From contig JBFXBD010000014.1 in assembly GCA_050183625.1 (NCBI GenBank), forward strand, positions 14,545 to 78,544: a stretch of DNA of 64,000 nucleotides, read 5' to 3'. The notes beneath the pieces are model-generated. The model worked only from the letters and a program-made list of their open reading frames with translations. It had not been told where the DNA came from and made no database searches. The translations under genes were made by a program, and so were the position numbers. This DNA comes from Gammaproteobacteria bacterium. GTDB taxonomy: Bacteria; Pseudomonadota; Gammaproteobacteria; JADZEE01. This document shows, one piece after another, positions 1-13,064 of the stretch; within the stretch, counting starts at the first letter, position 1, and every line of letters starts with the position of its first letter.

Positions 1-1268
1 CGTCCACGGCGGAATCGCTGGCGCAGATGACGGCCGACTGCGGCGCGCGCCTGCTGCTGCTCGATGCCGGCACCGCCGCCCTGCTGGCGCCGGTGCGCGA
101 TCGCATGCGCGCGCGGATCGTGGCGCTGGACGGCAGCGACGCCGGCGAGCGGCTCGAAGCCTGGCTCGCCGCCGAGGGCACGGCGCCGGAACCGGTCGAA
201 ATCGCACCGGACGCACCCTTCAACATCATTTATTCCTCCGGCACCACCGGCTCGCCCAAGGGCATCGTGCAGCCGCACTCCATGCGCTGGCGGCACGTGC
301 AGCGGGGCGTGAACATCGGCTACGGCCCGGGCAGCGTCACGCTGGTGTCGACGCCGCTGTACTCGAACACCACCCTGGTGTCGTTCATCGCCACCGTGGC
401 ACTGGGCGGTACCTGCGTGCTGATGGCGAAATTCGACGCCGGCGAGTTCCTGCGCCTGGCGCAGGCCCATCGGGCCACGCACGCGATGCTGGTGCCGGTG
501 CAGTACCAGCGCCTCATGGATCGGCCGGATTTCGATCGTTACGACCTGACCGGCTTCGTCACCCGATCCTGCACGTCGGCGCCGTTCTCCGCCGCGCTCA
601 AGGCGCAGGTGCTGGCACGCTGGCCCGGCGCGCTGGTGGAGTACTACGGCATGACCGAGGGCGGCGGCACCTGCGTGCTGCACGCGCACCTGCACCCGGA
701 CAAGCTGCACACCGTGGGCCGGCCCGCGCCCGGGCACGACATCCGCCTCGTCGGCGAGGACGGCCGCGAAGTCGCCCCAGGCGGGATCGGCGAGGTGGTC
801 GGCCGTTCGGACGCGATGATGCTCGGCTATCACAACCGGCCCGACCTGACCGCGGCCGCCTGGTGGCAAGACGCGGACGGCCGGCGCTACATGCGCACCG
901 GCGACATCGGCGGCTTCGACGAGGACGGTTTCCTGGTGCTCATGGACCGGCGCAAGGACATGATCATCTCCGGCGGCTTCAACATCTACCCCAGCGACAT
1001 CGAGGCCGTGCTCGCCGCGCACCCCGCGGTGCGCGACGCGGCGGTCGTCGGCGTGCCTTCGCGGCGCTGGGGCGAGACGCCGGTGGCGTTCGTGGCCGTG
1101 CGCGATCCCGGCATCGACCCCGCCGCACTGCGCGAGTGGACCAACGCCCGGCTGGGCAGGACCCAGCGGCTGGCCGACGTGGTCGCGCTCGGCGAACTGC
1201 CGCGCAACGCCATCGGCAAGATCCTCAAGCGCGAACTGCGCGATGCCTACCGGGGCGACGCACCGTGA
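1..1268 (+). CDS. AMP-dependent acyl-CoA synthetase/ligase, 5' end cut by window edge
   Basis: Frame of ORF 27..1268 stays open back to base 3 (STAESLAQ precedes the listed Met). AMP-binding signature YSSGTTGSPKG, then YGMTEGG, GDIGGFDEDGFLVLMDRRKD and C-terminal IGKILKREL. The P-loop motif lies only ~70 aa from the listed Met, much closer than usual, so the true N-terminus is upstream of the window. Confidence 0.85.
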   Translation, partial: STAESLAQMTADCGARLLLLDAGTAALLAPVRDRMRARIVALDGSDAGERLEAWLAAEGTAPEPVEIAPDAPFNIIYSSGTTGSPKGIVQPHSMRWRHVQRGVNIGYGPGSVTLVSTPLYSNTTLVSFIATVALGGTCVLMAKFDAGEFLRLAQAHRATHAMLVPVQYQRLMDRPDFDRYDLTGFVTRSCTSAPFSAALKAQVLARWPGALVEYYGMTEGGGTCVLHAHLHPDKLHTVGRPAPGHDIRLVGEDGREVAPGGIGEVVGRSDAMMLGYHNRPDLTAAAWWQDADGRRYMRTGDIGGFDEDGFLVLMDRRKDMIISGGFNIYPSDIEAVLAAHPAVRDAAVVGVPSRRWGETPVAFVAVRDPGIDPAALREWTNARLGRTQRLADVVALGELPRNAIGKILKRELRDAYRGDAP

Positions 1269-2128
1269 CGCCGTTGCCGGCATCGGCGCCCGCGGTGCCG
1301 CGCGCGGCCGTCACCGGCATGCCGGCGATCCTGTACGGCACCGCCTGGAAGCAGGCGCGCACCGCGACGCTGGTGACGCAGGCGATCGGCGCCGGCTTCC
1401 GCGGCATCGACGCCGCCTGCCAGCCCAGGCACTACGACGAACCGGGCGTGGGCGCGGCAATCGCCGCCAGCCTCGGCAGCGGGTTGTCGCGCGCGGATCT
1501 GTTCGTGCAGACCAAGTACACCCCGCCCGGCGGCCAGGATCCCCAGCGCACGCCCTACGATCGGCACGCCGGGGTCGAGGCCCAGGTGGCGCAGTCGGTC
1601 GCGGCGTCATTGGCGAACCTGCGCTGCGAAACGCTCGACTGCCTGCTGCTGCACTCGCCGCTGCCCACCGCGCAACTGACGCTGCGCGCCTGGCGCGCGC
1701 TGGAAGCCGCGCACGCCGCCGGGCAGGCCCGCCTGCTCGGGATCAGCAACTGCTACGACGTCGCCGGGCTGCAGGCGCTGTGGGGCGAAGCGGCGGTGAA
1801 GCCCGTGGTGGTGCAGAACCGCTTCCACGCCGCCACCGGCTACGACCGCGCCATCCGTGCGCTGTGCCGCGAGCGCGGCATGGTCTACCAGAGCTTCTGG
1901 ACCCTGACCGCCAACGCCGATCTGCTCGCGCACCCGTCGGTGGCCGGCAGCGCCCGGCGCCGCGGCCGCACGCCGGCGCAGATCCTGTTCCGGTACCTGA
2001 CGCAGTCGGGCGTGGTTCCGCTGACCGGCACGACGAGCCCGGAGCACATGCGCGAGGACCTGGAGATTTTCCGGTTCGAGCTCGAAGCAGCCGAATGCAC
2101 CGTGATCGCGGCCGCACTCGACCGGTAG
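1265..2128 (+). CDS. aldo/keto reductase family oxidoreductase (paralog 1)
   Basis: In-frame tail of ORF 863..2128: ILYGTAWK, GFRGIDAACQPRHYDEPGVG, LLHSP, VVQNRFH, TGTTSPEHMREDL. GTG at 1265 overlaps the upstream stop (GTGA). Alternative start is ATG 1319. Confidence 0.75.
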   Translation: MTPLPASAPAVPRAAVTGMPAILYGTAWKQARTATLVTQAIGAGFRGIDAACQPRHYDEPGVGAAIAASLGSGLSRADLFVQTKYTPPGGQDPQRTPYDRHAGVEAQVAQSVAASLANLRCETLDCLLLHSPLPTAQLTLRAWRALEAAHAAGQARLLGISNCYDVAGLQALWGEAAVKPVVVQNRFHAATGYDRAIRALCRERGMVYQSFWTLTANADLLAHPSVAGSARRRGRTPAQILFRYLTQSGVVPLTGTTSPEHMREDLEIFRFELEAAECTVIAAALDR

Positions 2129-2197
2129 CCCGCGCCGGCCGCGGACGCCGCCGTGCGGCGCCAGCCGGCCACCATGCAAAGGAGAACTGACGTGAAC

Positions 2198-3232
2198 ATG
2201 CAATACCGCAGGCTCGGCGGCACGGGTCTTCTGGTCTCGCGGCTGTCGCTGGGCGCGATGACCTTCGGCGAAGGCGCGGGATTCGGCAAGATGTCGCGCG
2301 ACGACGTCCGCGCCATGATCGATCGCGCGATCGACGCCGGGATCAATTTCATCGACACCGCCGACGTGTACGTCGGTGGGCAGTCCGAACGGCTGCTCGG
2401 CGAGATCCTCGGCGAGCGCCGCCGGCACCTCGTGCTCGCCACCAAGGTCAACGGCCGCACCGGCCCGGCGCTGAACGACGCCGGCCTGTCGCGCCTGCAC
2501 GTCCTCGCCGCCTGCGACGCGAGCCTCGCGCGCCTGCAGACCGACTACATCGATCTCTACATCGTCCATCGCGAGGATCCGCTGACGCCGATTGAAGAGA
2601 CGCTGGAGGCGCTGAACGACCTGGTCCGCGCCGGCAAGGTGCGCTACGTCGGCTTTTCGAACTGGTCGGCGTGGAAGGCCGCGATCGCCGTGCAGACCCA
2701 GGCCGCGCGCGGCTGGGCCCGATTCTGCAGCGGGCAGATGTACTACTCCCTGCTCGGCCGCGAACTCGAGTACGACGTCATCCCGTTCATGCAGTACGCG
2801 GGCGTGGGACTGACGGTCTGGAGCCCGCTGTGCGGCGGCATCCTGAGCGGCAAGTACAGCCGCGAGAACATCGACGATCGCGCCACCGCCGCGCCGGACA
2901 CGCGCCTGGGCGCGGCGCCGTTCATGCCCTACCGGCGCGACACCGCGCACGCGGTGCTCGAAGCGCTGCGGACGATCGGCGCGCGCCACGGCGCGACGGT
3001 GGCGCAGGCGGCGATTGCCTGGGTGCTCGCCCGCCCGGCGGTGGACAGCGTGATCATCGGCGCAAGCCGCATGTCCCAGCTCGAAGACAATCTCGGCGCC
3101 CTGGGCGTGGAACTCGGCGCCGCCGAGATCGCCGAGCTGGATCGCATCACCCGGCCGGCATCCGTCTACCCGCAGTGGTTCAACGCCCGCAACGACGATC
3201 CACGCTACAAACTCACCGGAGGCCCGCGATGA
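2198..3232 (+). CDS. aldo/keto reductase (Kv-beta-like, paralog 2)
   Basis: MQYRRLGGTGLLVSRLSLGAMTFG, FIDTADVY, DLYIVHREDP, VRYVGFSNW, WSPLCGGILSGKY. AGGAGA at 2180-2185. GTG 2192 is an alternative start; the ORF-track Met at 2153 is probably too far upstream. Confidence 0.85.
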   Translation: MQYRRLGGTGLLVSRLSLGAMTFGEGAGFGKMSRDDVRAMIDRAIDAGINFIDTADVYVGGQSERLLGEILGERRRHLVLATKVNGRTGPALNDAGLSRLHVLAACDASLARLQTDYIDLYIVHREDPLTPIEETLEALNDLVRAGKVRYVGFSNWSAWKAAIAVQTQAARGWARFCSGQMYYSLLGRELEYDVIPFMQYAGVGLTVWSPLCGGILSGKYSRENIDDRATAAPDTRLGAAPFMPYRRDTAHAVLEALRTIGARHGATVAQAAIAWVLARPAVDSVIIGASRMSQLEDNLGALGVELGAAEIAELDRITRPASVYPQWFNARNDDPRYKLTGGPR

Positions 3233-4104
3233 AACCTGCGCAATCCTCATGGCTCGATGTGCGCGGGGTGCGCTACCACTGCCGCACCTGGGGCGCCGCC
3301 GGCGCGCCGGTCATGTTCCTGCTGCACGGGTTCCAGGACGTGTCGGCCTCCTGGCAGTTCACCGTGGATGCCCTCGCCCACGAATGGCAGGTCGTGGCGC
3401 CGGACTGGCGCGGCTACGGGCTGTCCGGGCGAACCGGGGGCGACACCTACTGGCCGGCGGATCTGGTCGCGGACCTGGACGTCCTGCTGGAGCATTTCGA
3501 ACCGGTGCGCCCGGCCCTGGTCATCGGCCACAGCATGGGGGCGAACGCCGCCGCCATCTACGCCGGCGCGCGCCCGGATCGCATCCGCAGGTTCGTGAAC
3601 ATCGAGGGCCTGGGCGGGATCGACACCCGCGCCGAGGAAGCACCGCGCCGCTACGCCGCCTGGCTGAAATCCCTCGCCGACCCCGAGGGCCAGCGCCCCT
3701 ACGAGGATTTCGACCAGTTTGCCGAGCGGATGATGGCGGAAAACCCGCACCTGACGGCGGACCGTGCCGGATTCCTGGCGCGCCACTGGGGCGAGGCCCT
3801 GGCCGACGGGACTGTCGTCCGGCGCGCGGACCCGGCGCACGCGGCGCCGCGGCCGGTGCTGTGGCGCCTGGACGAGGCGATTGCCTGCTGGCGCCAGATC
3901 AGTGCCCCGGTCCTGTGGATCGAGGGCGAGGAATCCGAGTTCATCGGCCGGATGGTCGGCCGGCCCGGGGGATACGACGATCGGCTCGACGCCTTCGGCA
4001 CGCTGGAAGGGGTGGAGCGGATCGCCGGTGCCGGCCACAACGTGCACCACGACCAGCCGGAACTCCTCGCCGCCGCGATCGAGCGCTTCGCACGCGCCCG
4101 CTGA
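3229..4104 (+). CDS. alpha/beta-fold hydrolase
   Basis: Tail of ORF 2671..4104 starting MKPAQSSWLDVRGVRYHCRTWG. HGFQDVSASW oxyanion region, nucleophile elbow GHSMG, C-terminal GAGHNVHHDQPE. The ATG overlaps the upstream stop (ATGA), which suggests an operon with the two reductases. Confidence 0.85.
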   Translation: MKPAQSSWLDVRGVRYHCRTWGAAGAPVMFLLHGFQDVSASWQFTVDALAHEWQVVAPDWRGYGLSGRTGGDTYWPADLVADLDVLLEHFEPVRPALVIGHSMGANAAAIYAGARPDRIRRFVNIEGLGGIDTRAEEAPRRYAAWLKSLADPEGQRPYEDFDQFAERMMAENPHLTADRAGFLARHWGEALADGTVVRRADPAHAAPRPVLWRLDEAIACWRQISAPVLWIEGEESEFIGRMVGRPGGYDDRLDAFGTLEGVERIAGAGHNVHHDQPELLAAAIERFARAR

Positions 4105-4122
4105 TCCGCCGGCCGCGGATCA

Positions 4123-4160
4123 GGGATTCCCTCATTGGCCGCCAGGGAATCCCGCATTTT
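4123..4160 (+). terminator. candidate intrinsic terminator after the hydrolase gene
   Basis: Perfect 10-bp inverted repeat GGGATTCCCT (4123-4132) / AGGGAATCCC (4144-4153) with an 11-nt loop, followed by GCATTTTCG. Confidence 0.45.
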
Positions 4161-4301
4161 CGCGCGAAACGGCGGTTCCGCGCCCGATTCGGCTGAAACG
4201 AAACGCCATGCCGGCCGATAGGTGCTAGGCTTGCAGAGCCGGTTGGTACGCTTGGCGCAACGGACCCCACGATACCAGCGGCACCGCGGTCGAGGGGCCC
4301 G

Positions 4302-5429
<1,128 letters not shown>

Positions 5430-5564
5430 TCCCGCCCCCGCCGGCGGGCCCGGATTTTGCCTTCCAATCGCAACCTGCCCGCTACCCGTCGGGTAGCGGG
5501 CCGTCGCCTGCGTCGAGCGCCCAAGGCGCCCGATGGACGGCGCATCATCGGAGTCGGCAGTCGC

Positions 5565-8500
5565 ATGCAACACCCTGTCCATTGGAATCGCCGGCCGCCC
5601 ACCGTGGCCGGCCCGCTGCACATCGTCGCAGCCTACGTCGCAATCGCGGCCACCTGGTTCGTCGTCGAGGCGATCCTCGGACACCATTTCACAAGCTCCG
5701 TGCGCCACGCGGGACTCGATGCCGTGGTTCACGCCGCTTTCACCGCCATCTCGGCCGCACTGCTTTACGCGCTGGTCCGACGGATGAGGGACCGGCTCGC
5801 CGCACGTGAACGAAGCTGGCGCGATGTCGTCGATCAGGCCGGCGACGCGATCGTCCTCATGGACGCCGGGGCGAATCGGGTGCTCTACGCCAACACCGCG
5901 GCGAAGATCCTGTTCGGGCGCGACGCCTGCGATGCGGGCGCGCCCGATCTGCTCCCGGAGGAAGAGTACGGCCGCCTGTCGTCATACGTGCACGGGCTGG
6001 CGGACGGCCGCGCGCAGCGGCGCGTCTGGCAGGTCAAGCGCGCCGACGGCAGCGTTACGCAGGCGGAAATCACGGCCCAGCGCCTGGCCGACGGCCGCTA
6101 CTGCGCCATCGGCCGCGAGTTGAACGAACTGCAAAGTGCCAGGCGGCAGGCCGAGGTCGAGCGCCGGCGGCTGCGGCTGCTGTTCGACCTGATCCCGGAC
6201 CCGATCTGGCTCAAGGATGCCGACGGGCGCTACACCGCATGCAACCCGGCCTGCCTGCGTTACTTCGGTGGCAGCCTCGACAACGTCATCGGACGCACCG
6301 ACGCCGAACTGGCGGGCCCGGAGCAGAGCCGGTCGTTCGAGCAATCCGATCGCGACGCGATCGACGCCGGCGGGCCGCATCGGGTCGAACAGCGCGTGAA
6401 GGATCTCGCCACCGGCGAGGAGGCGGTGTTCGAGACCACCAAGCAGGCCATCCGCGACGCCGATGGCCGCTGCACCGGCATCCTGGGCATCGGCCGCGAC
6501 GTCAGCGCCAGCCACCGGCTGAACGCGGAAATGCGGCAGCGCATGGAGGCCCAGCAGCAGCTCGAACGCATTGCGGCAACCGCGCCCGGAATCCTCTATT
6601 CCTGCCTGAGGCGACCCGACGGGAGCACGGCGTTTCCGTACGTCAGCCCGCGGCTCACCGCGATGTTCGGCGTGACCCCGGCGCAGTTCAGCGGCGATCC
6701 GGCGCCCTGGCTCGCCATGATCCACCCGCAGGACGCCGCCGCGGTGCAGGCCGCCACCGACGAGTCCGCGCACGCACTGCAGCCGATGCGTGTGGAGTTT
6801 CGCGTCGTGCCCACACCCGGCCAGGAGGTCTGGATAGAGGCAAACTCCACTCCGCAACGGCTGCAGGACGGCAGCACGCTGTGGAACGGGTTCCTGGCCG
6901 ACATCAGCGCACGCAAGCAGGCCGAGCGGCAGCTCGCGGCGACCGAGGCCCGGTTCCAGACGCTGTTCCGGCGCGGTCCGGTGGCCTGCGCCATCACCCG
7001 CGCCCGCGACAGCGTCATCGTCGAGGTCAACGAAGCCCACGAATCGGTGACCGGGTGGCCGCGCGAGGAAGTCATCGGACGGACCGTCGCCGAGCTCGGC
7101 CTGGAGACCGGCCCCGGCCAGCGCGACGCGCTGCTCGAAATGCTGCACGCGCAGGGCTCGATCACCAACGTCGAGACGACGCTGCGCAACCGCGCCGGGC
7201 AGGTGCGCACGGTGCTCATCTCGGTCGAGCGGGTCGAGGTCGACGATGAGCCCTGCCTGCTGCGCTCGACGCTCGACATCAGCGAGCGCAAGGCCATCGA
7301 ATCGCAGCTCGCGCAAAGCGAGCAGCGCCTGCGCCTGGCGCACGACGCCGCCGGGCTGGGCGCCTGGCAGTTGGACGTCGTCCGCGGCGAACTGCGTTTC
7401 GACGATCGCGCGTGCGCACTCAGCGGCATGCCCGGAGCGAATGCGACGCCCGAGGACCTGTTCGCGCGGCTCCACCCCGAGGACGCGGATCGACTCCGTT
7501 CGGTCATGACGACCGCGCTCGACCCGGCGGGTCCCGGCGGCTTTCAGATCGAAGTCCGCACCCCGGCCCACGGCGGCGAGACGCGCTGGCTGGCGGTCCG
7601 TGCACGCACCCGCTTCGAGGAGCAGGATGGATCGCGGCGCGCGGTCGAGACGGTCGGGACACTGCAGGACGTGACGGCGCGGCGGCGGGCGGACGATGCG
7701 TTGCGTGCGGCCGAGCAGCGCTGGATCCTGGCCCTCGAAGGCGCGGGGCACGGGGTGTGGGACTGGAACGCCCTCACCGGCGAGGTCTGGTACTCGAAGC
7801 GCTGGAAGACGATGCTCGGCTACGACGAGCACGAGATCGGCAATACGTTCGCGGAATGGTCCGGCCGGGTGCACCCGGACGACCTGGCGCCGGCGCTGGC
7901 CGCTATCGACGCGCACCTGTCGGGTCGCGTGCCCGACTACCGCAGCGAACACCGCATTCGCTGCAAGGACGGTTCGTGGAAATGGGTGCTCGACCAGGGC
8001 GCGGTGATGACCCGCGACGACGCAGGCCGGCCGTTGCGCGTGGTCGGCACGCACACAGACCTGTCCTGGCGCATGGAAATGAATCAGCGGACCCGCGACA
8101 GCGAGGCGCGCTACCGCACGCTGGTGGAGAACCTGGGCGCGGGCGTGTGCCTGTTCGACGCCGGCGCCGTCGCCCTGACCTGCAACGCCGCCGCCGTGCG
8201 CATCCTCGGCGCATCGATCGCCGGTTGGCCATTCGGAGGCGATCCGGCCTGCGGCACCGGGATCCTGGCCGAAAACGGCAAGCCGATGCCTGCGCCAGAT
8301 CGGCCGGTCGAACGGGCGCTGGCCACCGGCATGCCACAGCGCGACGTGGTGATCGGGCTGCAAACCCGCGCGAGAACCGCGTGGCTCATCCTCAATGCCG
8401 ACCCGGTTCCCGGCGCGGACCCCGCGCAACCGGCATCCTGCGTGGTCTCGTTCATCGACATCACCGAGCGCCGCGAGGCCGACGAACGCCTGCGACTGCT

Positions 8501-11500
8501 GTCCACGGCGGTGGAGCAGAGTTCCAACGGCATCCAGATCACGGACACGAACGCCCGGATCGTGTTCGTCAACGACGCGCTCGCGCGCAACGCGGGCTAC
8601 GCGCGCGAGGAGCTGATCGGGCGCAACCCGCGCCTGCTGGCCTCCGGGCGCACGCCGCGGGCGACGTACGACGCCATGTGGTCCGCCCTGGGGCGCGGCG
8701 AGGACTGGAGCGGCGAGTTCGTCAACCGGCGCCGCGAAGGCTCGCTGTACATCGACGAGTCCCACGTCTCCCCGATCCGCGACGCCGCCGGACGGATCAC
8801 GCATTTCCTCGCGGTCAAGGAGGATGTCACGCAACGGCGCGCGATCGAGGCCGAGCTGGCCTCGCACCGTCGCAACCTGGAGGAGCTGGTGGCCGATCGC
8901 ACCCGCCAGCTCGAGGCCGTCAACACCGCGCTGCTGCAGCAGAGCGCGGAGGTGCAGACCCTCTACGACAGCGCGCCCTGCGGCTACCACTCGGTCGGCG
9001 CGGACGGAACGATCCTGCGCATGAATGACACCGAGCTCGGCTGGCTCGGCTATGGCCGAGACGAAGTCGTCGGACGGATGAACATCAAGGACTTCCTCAC
9101 GCCCGAGAGCGTCCAGACGCTGGCGCACGCATATCCGTCCATGATGCGAACGGGGCGCGCGAGCAACGTCGAGCTGCAGTACCGGCGCCGCGATGGCGCG
9201 CTGCTGCCGGTGCTGATGACGACGAGCATCGACCTGGACGACCAGGGCTGCTTCCGCAGCAACCGGACCTCGGTGTTCGACAACACCGAGGGCAAGGCGC
9301 GCCAGGCCCAGATCGCGGCCCTGAACGACGCATTGCAGCGCCGCGCGACCGATGCCGAGGCAGCCAATCGCGCCAAGAGCGCCTTCCTCGCCAACATGAG
9401 CCACGAGATCCGCACGCCGATGAACGCCATCATCGGCATGACGCACCTGCTGCAGCGCACGACCGCGGACCCGGCGCAGCGCGACAAGCTGGACAAGATC
9501 GGCGCCTCGGCCCATCACCTGCTGGCCGTGATCAACGACATCCTGGACATCTCCAAGATCGAGGCCGGCAAGCTCACGCTCGAGAACGTGGATTTCGACC
9601 TGGAACAGGTCCTCGCCAACGTCTGCACGCAGGTGGCGACGCGCGCGCATGCCAAGGGGCTGGAACTGGTGGTGCGCATCGATCCGGCGCTCGCCCGCGT
9701 GGTGCGCGGCGATCCGGTGCGCCTGACGCAGGCGCTGCTCAACTACGCCAGCAATGCCGTCAAGTTCACCGGGCGCGGGGCGATCGAAATCGATGCGTCC
9801 GTCGTCGACGAATCCGAGCAGGACATCGTCGTGCGCTTCGAGGTCCGCGATACCGGGATCGGCATCGACCCGGATTCCGCGGCACGAATCTTCGACGCCT
9901 TCGAACAGGCCGACAGCTCCACGACGCGACGCTACGGCGGCACGGGCCTGGGGCTGGCGATCAATCGCCGACTGGCGCAATTGATGGGCGGCGAGGTCGG
10001 GGTGACGAGCGCACCGGGCGCGGGCAGCGCATTCTGGCTCACGACCCGCCTCGCGGTGCGCGCCCGCCCCGCGCACAGGAGCGGCGGGGAGGCACTGGCC
10101 GGGCGCCGCGTCCTGGTCGTGGACGATCTGGCGCAGGCGCGCGCCGCCGCAGGCGCGATCCTGTCCCAGTTCGACATGCGCGTCACCGCGGTGGCAACCG
10201 GCGAGGAGGCGCTTGCCGCGCTGGAAGCAGCCGATCGCGATGGGGATGCCTACTTCGCCGCGCTGGTCGACTGGCGCCTGGCCGATGTCGACGGAACGCT
10301 CACCGTCCGCCGGATCCGGGAACTGCCGATCCGGCAGCCGCGCATCCTGTTCGCGGCGCCTGAGACGGCGGGCGTTCACCGCGAAGCGATGCGTGCCGGT
10401 TGCGATCAGGTGGTCGCCAAGCCGGTCACGGCTTCGGGGTTGCTGGACACGCTGATGGTGCACGCGCGCGAAGACGCGGTGCCGCAGTCCGCGATAGGCG
10501 CCGCCGAACACGGCCTGCTGCGCGAGCACCGGGGTGCGCGCGTGCTGCTCGCAGAGGACAACCCGATCAACCAGGAGGTGGCGCTCGAACTGCTGCGCGC
10601 CGCGGGGCTGGCCGTGGACGTCGCCAGCAACGGCCGCGAGGCCGTGGACCGCGCCGCCGGCAACCCGTACGCGCTCATTCTCATGGATGTGCAGATGCCG
10701 GTCATGGACGGCCTGGAGGCGGCACGCGCGATCCGCGCGCTGCCCGGCCATGAAAAGACCCCGATCCTGGCGATGACCGCCAATGCATTCGCCGAGGACC
10801 GCCGCCAATGCCTGGCGGCCGGCATGAACGACCACGTCGCCAAGCCCGTGGATCCGCCGGCGCTGTACGAGCAGATCCTGCGCTGGCTGTCCGAGCGCGG
10901 CACGCCGGCGCGGCCCACGCCGGCCGGGCAAGCCGCCGCGGCGCGCACCCCTCTACCACCTGCCAGTGTGGCCGGCGGCGAATCCAGTCCCTACGCGCGC
11001 ATCCCGGGGCTCGACCATGCCAAGGGCCTGAAGTTCTCGGCCGGCGATCCGACCCGCTACGCGCAGATGCTGAACCGCTACGCTGAAACCAGCGCCGGCG
11101 AGATCCGCGCCGCCCGGGATGCGTATGCTGCCGGCCAGACCGAGCAGGCCGCCGCGACGATTCACTCGCTGCGCGGCGTGGCCGGGCTGCTGGGGGCGAC
11201 GGCGGTAATGGCGGCATTGAACGACCTGCAGGTGGCGATCCGCGCCGGCGATACGTTCGACCGCGTCAGCGGGCTCGCCGACGCCGCCGACGCGCTCCAG
11301 CAGGCACTGATCGCCGGCATCCGCGATTGCGGCGATGCGCGGCCTGCGGCCGCCGCCCATCCCGGGGATCAGCCCGCCGTCCCGGAGATGCTCGCACGGC
11401 TGGAAAAGCTGCTCGCCGACGACGACATCCAAGCCCACGGACTGGCGAGCGCGTGGGCGCCTGCACTGCGCGACGCGCTCGGCGAGCGGGCCGGTGCGTT

Positions 11501-11594
11501 CGCACGCAGCGTCGAGAGATTCGATTTCGTCGACGCCCTGGCGATTCTGCGCGGCGAGCCGCCCGCGGCACCGTCACGCCGTGCGGCCGGTTGA
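5565..11594 (+). CDS. multi-PAS hybrid sensor histidine kinase (PAS x ~8, HisKA, HATPase, REC, REC, Hpt)
   Basis: ORF 5457..11594; start most plausibly ATG 5565 (MQHPVHW). Two N-terminal hydrophobic helices and many PAS/PAC-like repeats (e.g. [24 protein letters not shown]). H-box [14 protein letters not shown] (His codon 9402-9404). ATPase boxes [24 protein letters not shown]1 [19 protein letters not shown]2 [19 protein letters not shown]. Hpt [12 protein letters not shown]. Confidence 0.9.
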   Translation: MQHPVHWNRRPPTVAGPLHIVAAYVAIAATWFVVEAILGHHFTSSVRHAGLDAVVHAAFTAISAALLYALVRRMRDRLAARERSWRDVVDQAGDAIVLMDAGANRVLYANTAAKILFGRDACDAGAPDLLPEEEYGRLSSYVHGLADGRAQRRVWQVKRADGSVTQAEITAQRLADGRYCAIGRELNELQSARRQAEVERRRLRLLFDLIPDPIWLKDADGRYTACNPACLRYFGGSLDNVIGRTDAELAGPEQSRSFEQSDRDAIDAGGPHRVEQRVKDLATGEEAVFETTKQAIRDADGRCTGILGIGRDVSASHRLNAEMRQRMEAQQQLERIAATAPGILYSCLRRPDGSTAFPYVSPRLTAMFGVTPAQFSGDPAPWLAMIHPQDAAAVQAATDESAHALQPMRVEFRVVPTPGQEVWIEANSTPQRLQDGSTLWNGFLADISARKQAERQLAATEARFQTLFRRGPVACAITRARDSVIVEVNEAHESVTGWPREEVIGRTVAELGLETGPGQRDALLEMLHAQGSITNVETTLRNRAGQVRTVLISVERVEVDDEPCLLRSTLDISERKAIESQLAQSEQRLRLAHDAAGLGAWQLDVVRGELRFDDRACALSGMPGANATPEDLFARLHPEDADRLRSVMTTALDPAGPGGFQIEVRTPAHGGETRWLAVRARTRFEEQDGSRRAVETVGTLQDVTARRRADDALRAAEQRWILALEGAGHGVWDWNALTGEVWYSKRWKTMLGYDEHEIGNTFAEWSGRVHPDDLAPALAAIDAHLSGRVPDYRSEHRIRCKDGSWKWVLDQGAVMTRDDAGRPLRVVGTHTDLSWRMEMNQRTRDSEARYRTLVENLGAGVCLFDAGAVALTCNAAAVRILGASIAGWPFGGDPACGTGILAENGKPMPAPDRPVERALATGMPQRDVVIGLQTRARTAWLILNADPVPGADPAQPASCVVSFIDITERREADERLRLLSTAVEQSSNGIQITDTNARIVFVNDALARNAGYAREELIGRNPRLLASGRTPRATYDAMWSALGRGEDWSGEFVNRRREGSLYIDESHVSPIRDAAGRITHFLAVKEDVTQRRAIEAELASHRRNLEELVADRTRQLEAVNTALLQQSAEVQTLYDSAPCGYHSVGADGTILRMNDTELGWLGYGRDEVVGRMNIKDFLTPESVQTLAHAYPSMMRTGRASNVELQYRRRDGALLPVLMTTSIDLDDQGCFRSNRTSVFDNTEGKARQAQIAALNDALQRRATDAEAANRAKSAFLANMSHEIRTPMNAIIGMTHLLQRTTADPAQRDKLDKIGASAHHLLAVINDILDISKIEAGKLTLENVDFDLEQVLANVCTQVATRAHAKGLELVVRIDPALARVVRGDPVRLTQALLNYASNAVKFTGRGAIEIDASVVDESEQDIVVRFEVRDTGIGIDPDSAARIFDAFEQADSSTTRRYGGTGLGLAINRRLAQLMGGEVGVTSAPGAGSAFWLTTRLAVRARPAHRSGGEALAGRRVLVVDDLAQARAAAGAILSQFDMRVTAVATGEEALAALEAADRDGDAYFAALVDWRLADVDGTLTVRRIRELPIRQPRILFAAPETAGVHREAMRAGCDQVVAKPVTASGLLDTLMVHAREDAVPQSAIGAAEHGLLREHRGARVLLAEDNPINQEVALELLRAAGLAVDVASNGREAVDRAAGNPYALILMDVQMPVMDGLEAARAIRALPGHEKTPILAMTANAFAEDRRQCLAAGMNDHVAKPVDPPALYEQILRWLSERGTPARPTPAGQAAAARTPLPPASVAGGESSPYARIPGLDHAKGLKFSAGDPTRYAQMLNRYAETSAGEIRAARDAYAAGQTEQAAATIHSLRGVAGLLGATAVMAALNDLQVAIRAGDTFDRVSGLADAADALQQALIAGIRDCGDARPAAAAHPGDQPAVPEMLARLEKLLADDDIQAHGLASAWAPALRDALGERAGAFARSVERFDFVDALAILRGEPPAAPSRRAAG

Positions 11595-11633
11595 ACCGGC
11601 CGCATCGCGCGCTGGACCGCCGGACGTTGCCGC

Positions 11634-13064
11634 TCAGGCGGACTTCGGGACCAGCACCGCCTTGGTCTCGAGATACTCCTCGATGCCGAGATCGCCCCAC
11701 TCGCGGCCGTTGCCGGACTGCTTGTAGCCGCCGAACGGCGCCCCGAAGTCGGTCGGCGCGCCGTTGATGTGGACGTTCCCGCTGCGGATGCGCGCGGCCA
11801 CCGCGCGGGCGTGATCGATGCTGCCGGACTGCACGTAGGCGGACAGGCCGTAGGCCGAGTCGTTCGCCATCTCGATCGCCTGATCTTCGCTGTCGTACGG
11901 CAGGATGCACAGCACCGGCCCGAAGATTTCCTCGCGCGCGATCGTCATGTCGTTGCGCACGTTGCCGAAAATCGTCGGCCGCACGTAGTAGCCCCGGGGC
12001 AGGTCCTGCGGCCGGCCCGTGCCGCCGGTGACCAGCGTGGCCCCCTCGTCGATCCCCTTCTGGATGAGCGCCTGGACGCGCTTGAACTGCACCTCGCTCA
12101 CCACCGGGCCCATCGGCCGGCCTTCCGCGTTCGGCGCGCCGGGCTTGACGCGCTCGGCCGCGGTGCGGGCGATGGCCAGGGCTTCGTCGTGGCGGGCGCG
12201 CGGCACGAACATGCGCGTGGGCGCATTGCAGGACTGGCCGGTGTTGGCGAAGCAGCCCACGACGCCGGACGACACCGCCTTCTGCAGGTCGGCATCCTCC
12301 AGGACGATGTTGGCGGACTTGCCGCCCAGTTCCTGCGCCACGCGCTTGACCGTGTCGGCCGCGGCCTTGGCGACCTGGATGCCGGCGCGGGTCGAACCGG
12401 TAAAGGACACCATGTCCACGTCCGGATGCGAGGAAATCGCGGTGCCCACCGTCGGACCGTCGCCGTTGACCAGGTTGAACACGCCCTTGGGCACGCCCGC
12501 CGCGTGCAGGATCTCCGCCAGCAGGCAGGCGCTGAGCGGCGCGACCTCGCTCGGCTTGAGCACCATCGTGCAGCCGGCCGCGAGCGCGGGGGCGACCTTG
12601 CAGGCGATCTGGTTGATCGGCCAGTTCCAGGGCGTGATGAGCCCGCACACGCCGATCGGCTCCTTGCGCAGGAAGAAGCCCTGCTTCTGAACCTCGAATT
12701 CGTAGCTCTGCAGCACCTTGCGCGCGATCGAGAAGTGCGCCTCGCCGGTGGGCGCCTGCGCGGCGCGGGCGAACCACATCGGTGCCCCCATCTCGGCGCA
12801 GATTACCTGCGCCATCTCGTCGATGCGCTTTTTGTACTCGGCGATGATCGCCTCCAGCAACGCGAGGCGCTGCTCGCGCGTGGTCCGGCCGAAGGTGGCG
12901 AAGGCGGTGCGCGCAGCCTTCACGGCACGATCGACGTCGGCGGCGCCGCCGAGGCTGATCTTCGCGCATGGCTGCTCGGTCGACGGATCGATGACGTCGA
13001 GCGTTCGGGGGGCGGCCGGATCGACCCATTGGCCGTCGATGTAGAACTGCAGGTAATCCTTCAC
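11634..13064 (-). CDS. NAD(P)-dependent aldehyde dehydrogenase
   Basis: Within ORF 11634..13607. GTG start at 13064 (VKDYLQFYIDGQWVD) with GGAG 9 nt upstream, giving 476 aa. Motifs ITPWNWP, FTGSTRAG, ELGGKS, FANTGQSCNAPTR, EEIFGPV. Confidence 0.9.
   Translation of the reverse strand: MKDYLQFYIDGQWVDPAAPRTLDVIDPSTEQPCAKISLGGAADVDRAVKAARTAFATFGRTTREQRLALLEAIIAEYKKRIDEMAQVICAEMGAPMWFARAAQAPTGEAHFSIARKVLQSYEFEVQKQGFFLRKEPIGVCGLITPWNWPINQIACKVAPALAAGCTMVLKPSEVAPLSACLLAEILHAAGVPKGVFNLVNGDGPTVGTAISSHPDVDMVSFTGSTRAGIQVAKAAADTVKRVAQELGGKSANIVLEDADLQKAVSSGVVGCFANTGQSCNAPTRMFVPRARHDEALAIARTAAERVKPGAPNAEGRPMGPVVSEVQFKRVQALIQKGIDEGATLVTGGTGRPQDLPRGYYVRPTIFGNVRNDMTIAREEIFGPVLCILPYDSEDQAIEMANDSAYGLSAYVQSGSIDHARAVAARIRSGNVHINGAPTDFGAPFGGYKQSGNGREWGDLGIEEYLETKAVLVPKSA

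Noticed and set aside
5982-10931. 1649-aa minus-strand ORF inside the hybrid histidine kinase gene.
   Set aside because: This is a GC-driven shadow ORF. The plus strand carries an H-box, ATPase boxes, REC and Hpt motifs, while the minus-strand translation is low-complexity R/A/G/P-rich sequence.
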